Origin: Thermodesulfobacteriota bacterium
Lineage (GTDB): Bacteria > Desulfobacterota > Desulfobulbia > Desulfobulbales > SURF-16
NCBI GenBank assembly: GCA_039715015.1
Contig: JBDLIE010000003.1
Span: 1 to 64,000, forward strand
Direction: 5' to 3'
Length of the DNA: 64,000 nucleotides
Under the pieces are notes generated by a model. The model saw only the letters and a program-made list of their open reading frames with translations, ran no database searches and was not told the DNA's origin. This document shows, one piece after another, positions 59,022 through 64,000 of the stretch. The position numbers were made by a program, and so were the translations under genes. The number at the start of each line of letters is the position of its first letter. The stretch's first letter is position 1.

Positions 59022-61007
59022 ATGCATCATCTTGAAGATTATGGCGGTTTGCATCAGCTTTTTGACACAAACTTCCTTGATTACACCTCATATGTCATCA
59101 AAGAAAGGGCTATTCCTGACCTAAGTGATGGCCTCAAGCCTGTTCAACGCCGGATTATGCAGACCCTGGCCAATATGGATGATGGTCGCTTTAATAAGGT
59201 CGCCAATGTCGTGGGCGATACCATGAAGCTTCATCCCCATGGTGACCAGTCCATTTATGCTGCTTTGGTGAACCTGTCAAACAAAGGCTTTCTTATCAGC
59301 CAACAGGGTAATTTTGGTAACATCTACACAGGTGATGGGGCGTCGGCAGCTCGCTATATCGAATGTCGTTTATCACCCCTGGCCAAAGAGACCCTTTTTA
59401 ATAAAGATTTGACCGCCTTTGCTGAATCTTATGATGGCCGTCTCATGGAGCCGGTTACCCTGCCAAGCAAAATACCTCTTCTTCTTCTGCAGGGAGCCGA
59501 AGGTATTGCTGTGGGTATGGCAACTAAGATTATGCCCCATAATTTTGTCGAAGTGCTTGAGGCGCAAAAGGATATTCTCCATGACAAGGAAATAGAGATC
59601 TATCCTGATTTTCAAAAGGGTGGCACCCTGGATGTCTCCGGGTATGATGACGGCAATGGTCGTTTAAAATGTCGAGCCTGCATCGAAGAAAAGGATGAGA
59701 AAACCATCCTTGTTAAGGAGATTCCTCATTCGACAACCACTCAGTCCATTATGGAGAGTGTTGAGAAGGCGGCCAAACAGGGCAAGATCAAGATCCAGTC
59801 CATTAATGATTACACCGCAGAAGAGGTGGAGATAGAGATCAAACTCCCGCGCGGCATTTATGCAGAGGATACGATCCGGGCACTCTATGCCTTCACCGAT
59901 TGCGAGGTCTCCATCAGCCCCAATCTCACGGTTATTCGCGATGGCAATCCTGTCAATATCAGTGTCACTGAGGTTCTGCGCGACAACACCGACAAGCTGG
60001 TTAACGATCTTGAAAAAGAGCTCCTGATAGATCTTGATCGCCTCCAGGAAAGGCTTCAGGCCGCTCTCCTTGAACAGATTTTCATAGAAGAACGTCTTTA
60101 TAAGAAGATTGAGGAATGTGACACCTACCAACTTGTGGTTGAAACCGTTGACAGCTCGCTCAAACCTTTTCGAGATCGTCTGCTACGTGACGTCACCTTG
60201 GAGGATATTGAACGGCTTCTGGAGATCCGGATTAAACGGATATCCCGTTACGATATTGCCAAGAAGCAAAAAGAAATTAATGCCACCCGCAAGAAGATCC
60301 GTGAAGTTGAAAAGCATCTGAAAGATATGGTTCTTTTTACAACTAATTATATCGACAAGCTGCTGAAAAAATATGGCCCTGACTATCCTCGCCGTACAGA
60401 GATTGCCACCTTCTCCGAGGTTCAGGCCCGCAAGGTGGCAATCTCTAACCTTACCTTTGGCTATCAAGTAAAAACAGGATTTCTGGGCCATCAGGTTAAA
60501 GGGGATGAGGGATTTTCTTTCCCTTGTTCAGAGTATGACAAGGTCATGCTTGTCTTCAAAAATGGCACTTATAGAGTCGTGCCTGTGGCTGAAAAGGTTT
60601 TTATCGGCCACGATATCGTCTGGATGGGCAAGGTTGAAGGTAGACTCGTTTTTAACATCATCTACAAAAACGGTAGTGAAAATCTCTCCTATATTAAGCG
60701 CTTTAAAATGCCGAAATTTATCATGGAAAAGGACTATGAGCTGTTTAAGCCCCATAAACGCTCCCTTATTCAGCATATGAGTCTTGGTGATGAGGGGCTT
60801 GTCAGGGTCTATTACACCCCGAATAAAAGGGCCAAGGCAAATTATGAGGATTTTTCTCTTGAGGATTTCTTGATTAAAGGGGCGGCAGCCCGAGGGAAAA
60901 GGGTTTCCAACACCAGACCGGTAACCAGGGTGAGAGCGTTAACCTCCAAAGATGATAAGTCTGATGAGGTGAAAAACCCGGCAACCCTTTTTGATGCAAA
61001 AGATTGA
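59022..61007 (+). CDS. parC: Type IIA DNA topoisomerase subunit A (ParC-like, short CTD)
   Basis: RAIPD..DGLKPVQRR, HPHGD, GNFG, catalytic Tyr in AARYIE, GIAVGMAT. 661 aa, no GyrA box. Confidence 0.86.
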   Translation: MHHLEDYGGLHQLFDTNFLDYTSYVIKERAIPDLSDGLKPVQRRIMQTLANMDDGRFNKVANVVGDTMKLHPHGDQSIYAALVNLSNKGFLISQQGNFGNIYTGDGASAARYIECRLSPLAKETLFNKDLTAFAESYDGRLMEPVTLPSKIPLLLLQGAEGIAVGMATKIMPHNFVEVLEAQKDILHDKEIEIYPDFQKGGTLDVSGYDDGNGRLKCRACIEEKDEKTILVKEIPHSTTTQSIMESVEKAAKQGKIKIQSINDYTAEEVEIEIKLPRGIYAEDTIRALYAFTDCEVSISPNLTVIRDGNPVNISVTEVLRDNTDKLVNDLEKELLIDLDRLQERLQAALLEQIFIEERLYKKIEECDTYQLVVETVDSSLKPFRDRLLRDVTLEDIERLLEIRIKRISRYDIAKKQKEINATRKKIREVEKHLKDMVLFTTNYIDKLLKKYGPDYPRRTEIATFSEVQARKVAISNLTFGYQVKTGFLGHQVKGDEGFSFPCSEYDKVMLVFKNGTYRVVPVAEKVFIGHDIVWMGKVEGRLVFNIIYKNGSENLSYIKRFKMPKFIMEKDYELFKPHKRSLIQHMSLGDEGLVRVYYTPNKRAKANYEDFSLEDFLIKGAAARGKRVSNTRPVTRVRALTSKDDKSDEVKNPATLFDAKD

Positions 61008-61050
61008 TAGTGGTGCACCAGTTTATTTTTGATGAAAATAGGAAATCCCC

Positions 61051-61734
61051 TTGAGTAAGGCCCCAGCAGTACAAAAAATGTTCGACTCCATCGCCGGTCA
61101 ATACGATCTGATGAACAGGGTCATGACCCTGGGCCAGGACCAGCGCTGGCGCAAGTTTGTGGTCGCCAAAGCTGGAGATGCCAAGCAGGGGAGGGTGCTT
61201 GATCTAGCCACCGGAACCGGTGATATTGCTGCCCTTTATAAAGAATCGTTTCCTAAAGCCACCGTCATTGGAGGCGATTTTGCCCAAAATATGCTGGCTG
61301 AGGCAGGCAAGCGCTTTGCTGACCGCGATATCTCCTGGCAGGCCTGTGATGCCAATTTTCTTCCCTTTGGCGATGATTTTTTTGAGGCAGTGACCTTTGG
61401 CTACCTCTTGCGAAATGTAGACCATGCCCCCACCGTTCTTAACGAGGTATACAGGGTGCTTAAAAAGGGGGGACGTATTGTCTGCCTTGACACTACGCCC
61501 CCTGGAAAAAACATTCTTTACCCCTTTATCCGGGGCTATTTACGTTGGGGAATTCCCTTAATGGGGAGATTGATCGCTAGCGATGAGGCCGCGTATGCCT
61601 ATCTGACAGGCTCCACCATGGATTTTTACAAGGCGGATGATCTTGCAACAGAATTTCGGCATGCAGGTTTTCAGAAGGTAGGATTCAAGAAGTTCATGAT
61701 GGGCACCATTGCCGTCCATTGGGGAGAGAAATAA
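61051..61734 (+). CDS. menG: Demethylmenaquinone methyltransferase (UbiE/MenG family)
   Basis: MFDSIA..YDLMN...T.G....WR, LDLATGTGD, LRNV, AYAYL..S. TTG start. Confidence 0.88.
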   Translation: MSKAPAVQKMFDSIAGQYDLMNRVMTLGQDQRWRKFVVAKAGDAKQGRVLDLATGTGDIAALYKESFPKATVIGGDFAQNMLAEAGKRFADRDISWQACDANFLPFGDDFFEAVTFGYLLRNVDHAPTVLNEVYRVLKKGGRIVCLDTTPPGKNILYPFIRGYLRWGIPLMGRLIASDEAAYAYLTGSTMDFYKADDLATEFRHAGFQKVGFKKFMMGTIAVHWGEK

Positions 61735-61813
61735 GCTTCATTCCCTCCCCGTCTTCCCTTTAACGTCATTTGCATTATAGGTTTTTCGCTCATGGCGTCA
61801 GTTGACAACTCTC

Positions 61814-62395
61814 CTATTTCTTTTCCTCATACATCTTTAAGATAACCACGTCCTTGTTGGGCACATCACCATACATTCCGCTTTGTCCCCTTGGCACTGA
61901 AACAATGGCATCCGCTACATCCATGCCTTCGACAACCTTGCCAAACACTGCATAGCCGTATCCATCCATACGCATGGAACGATGGTCTAAGGACCTATTG
62001 TCATTCACATTGATAAAGAACTGGGCTGTGGCACTGTTGATATCCTGGGTGCGGGCCATGGACAAGGTGCCTCTTTTATTCTTTAAGCCGTTATGCGCCT
62101 CATTCATGATAGGCGGCCTGGTTGATTTTTTTTTCAGACCGGGCTCGAAACCGCCGCCCTGAATCATAAAACCAGGAATGACGCGATGGAAAATAAGGCC
62201 ATCAAAGAAACCATCACGCACATAGGTGCGAAAGTTTTTACAGGTAATGGGCGCCTCTTTGTCAAAAAGGGCAATGGTCATATTGCCCATACTGGTTTCC
62301 ATAATAATTCGAGGTGCGGATTCCTCAGCACATGATAATGCGGGTAAGGAAAAAGAAACGGCAAGAAGAAGCGCAAAGAGTACTTTTTTTGTCAT
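61814..62395 (-). CDS. ppiA: Periplasmic cyclophilin-type peptidyl-prolyl isomerase
   Basis: Signal peptide, FHRVIPGFMIQGGG, GTLSMART, SATAQFFIN, GYAVFGKV. Confidence 0.92.
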   Translation of the reverse strand: MTKKVLFALLLAVSFSLPALSCAEESAPRIIMETSMGNMTIALFDKEAPITCKNFRTYVRDGFFDGLIFHRVIPGFMIQGGGFEPGLKKKSTRPPIMNEAHNGLKNKRGTLSMARTQDINSATAQFFINVNDNRSLDHRSMRMDGYGYAVFGKVVEGMDVADAIVSVPRGQSGMYGDVPNKDVVILKMYEEKK

Positions 62396-62521
62396 GTTGA
62401 AGCCTCATTAAAGTGGTTAAAATTGGGTAAGCATGAAAAAATATTATGAAAATACCATATTTCGATACAAAGTCTTATGAAAGAATTGAGTTTATTCCGT
62501 TTTTTGATTTATTATTTTGCT

Positions 62522-63571
62522 ATGCATAAGCCTTTAGATTTACATCCTGACAACGCACTTCAATGTTCCTATTCTGAGACTATTATCTTCGCCCAAAAGA
62601 TTTTCAGGACAAGCTCTGTTGCCATTGTCACCTGTCTAGTCCTCCTTTCTTTTATCATCCCTCAACGTGATACGGTTTCAGTGGCAAAGGTCCAAAATCC
62701 TACTGAAACTCTTACTGTTAAAGCAAATGAAGTTGAGCCCCCTGACCCCTCTGTGCCATCGTATAGTCCATCATCCTCGATGGATCTTCAGCAGACACTG
62801 GAGAAGTATGGGCTCTGGTCAATAAAGAATAATTCTACCATTGACCCGGTGCTTTTCACCTCCTTCCCTGATAACCTTCACACCTTATCCATTGCTGACA
62901 AGAAGACGACCTTTTTACACACCCTTTTGCCTGTGGCTCTTTATGCAAACCAGATGGTAGAGAATGAACGTTTGCGTCTTTTTGAAATTCTGGCAATGTC
63001 TGGTGCTCTGCCTGGAGATTTCTCATTAAAAGAAATTCCTGCAGCATGGCAAAAGATTCTATCAAATAAGGACAAACAGTGGCTTCTTGGTTTGGCTAAA
63101 CGTTATAAGGCTGAAACCATCGCTCAGCTCAAAAAAAGGGTGCGGCCCGTGCCTGTCAGTCTTCTTCTGGCCCAAAGCGCTTTGGAATCATCTTGGGGAA
63201 CTTCTCGTTTTGCCAGAGAGGGCAATAATCTTTTTGGCATCCGCACCTGGGGTGAAAAAGGACTTGTCCCTGGCGAAAGAGAGACAGGAAGCAAGTTTCT
63301 TGTGGCTCAATACGACACCATTCTTGACTCCGTAAATGCATATATCCTCACCTTAAACAGCCATCACCTCTACGTGAAATTCCGAACCCTTCGCATGGAG
63401 AGCCAGGACACGGAGGTGTTAAGTGGAGGCCTGCTTTTTTATTCTGAAAAAAGAAAGAGTTATGTGACTAAAGTTAATAGAATTATACGTTATAACCGAC
63501 TCAAACGTTTTGACACCCTGCATCTTGCTCGTTATGGAGAGAGCATGGCACCTAAGGTAGCAGTCAATTAA
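62522..63571 (+). CDS. Membrane-anchored GH73 glucosaminidase-domain protein (Bax-like)
   Basis: N-terminal TM helix, AQSALESSWGTSRFAREGNNLFG, Y...LNSH..Y..FR, YSE...Y. Start 62477 or 62522. Confidence 0.82.
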   Translation: MHKPLDLHPDNALQCSYSETIIFAQKIFRTSSVAIVTCLVLLSFIIPQRDTVSVAKVQNPTETLTVKANEVEPPDPSVPSYSPSSSMDLQQTLEKYGLWSIKNNSTIDPVLFTSFPDNLHTLSIADKKTTFLHTLLPVALYANQMVENERLRLFEILAMSGALPGDFSLKEIPAAWQKILSNKDKQWLLGLAKRYKAETIAQLKKRVRPVPVSLLLAQSALESSWGTSRFAREGNNLFGIRTWGEKGLVPGERETGSKFLVAQYDTILDSVNAYILTLNSHHLYVKFRTLRMESQDTEVLSGGLLFYSEKRKSYVTKVNRIIRYNRLKRFDTLHLARYGESMAPKVAVN

Positions 63572-63715
63572 TTCTTGGTGTCTATATCCAGCGAATTTCT
63601 TTTGTTTCTTCTGTTTTTATGCCATACCCATTAGTCTGTTGCTGAACGAGGAAGGTGTCTCGTTCACTCTGTCCTGCCGTTGTGCATTACAATGATCATA
63701 AATCCGAGGTTTTTC

Positions 63716-64000
63716 ATGTCGAAAAGAAACATCCTGTTTCCACTTCTCCTGTTTTTTTTGTTTATGGCGCCAAGCTTCAGTCTGGCAGAAGGTAATGCAA
63801 CTATTTTAATTTATCATCGTTTCGGAGATGCCCGCTACCCAACGACTAATGTCAGTGTTGAGGCCTTTTCCGAGCAGATGGATTTTCTGCTTGATAATGG
63901 TTACACGGTGATTCCTTTTGCCGAGTTAATCTCTCTGTTAAAAAACAAAACAAAAATACCTGAAAAAACTGTGGTCATTACCATTGATGATTCCTATGCC
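63716..64000 (+). CDS. Exported polysaccharide deacetylase (CE4 family; runs off the right edge of the window)
   Basis: Manual translation MSKRNILFPLLLFFLFMAPSFSLAEGNATILIYHRFGD...F.EQM.FL..NGY...VVITIDDSYA. GAGG RBS. Confidence 0.85.
   Translation, partial: MSKRNILFPLLLFFLFMAPSFSLAEGNATILIYHRFGDARYPTTNVSVEAFSEQMDFLLDNGYTVIPFAELISLLKNKTKIPEKTVVITIDDSYA

Overview
This window is a gene-dense stretch of bacterial core chromosome. Gene content and order suggest a sulfur-cycling Desulfobacterota (Desulfobulbales-like) organism; this assignment is inferred, not searched. It holds about 55 CDS and two tRNAs (Gln-TTG, Pro-CGG). The main blocks are: cysS (partial); serA-DUF1844-ispE-tRNAGln-prs-rplY-pth-carD-rluD-coaE-rho-rpmE-prfA-prmC-murA; tsaD-DUF2062-rsmA-FeADH; moaA/pheA; CBS-ACT, DUF39 homocysteine sulfurtransferase and LarE-like genes; hup; xseA; panCD-mqnBD; ilvBN-psd-pssA-leuA-asd-rsmD-coaD-rlmD; dacB; trpB2; gmhA-(DHS-like unknown)-cobA/hemD; VWA-OmpA; nadC; tatD-tcdA; AsmA-like; pepF; a divergent parE-parC pair; menG; a cyclophilin; GH73; and a partial CE4 deacetylase. 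I found no mobile element, prophage, CRISPR array or defence island. The best candidates for undescribed biology are: (1) a DUF39 sulfurtransferase closely linked to a CxxC-C LarE-like sulfur insertase with no lar genes nearby, next to a free CBS-ACT protein; (2) a deoxyhypusine-synthase-fold protein translationally coupled to gmhA; (3) several structured untranslated RNAs (rho, rpmE, carD and CBS-ACT leaders, the hup 3' trailer, and the ilvN-psd gap where ilvC normally sits). All family calls come from motif recognition by eye, with no database search.
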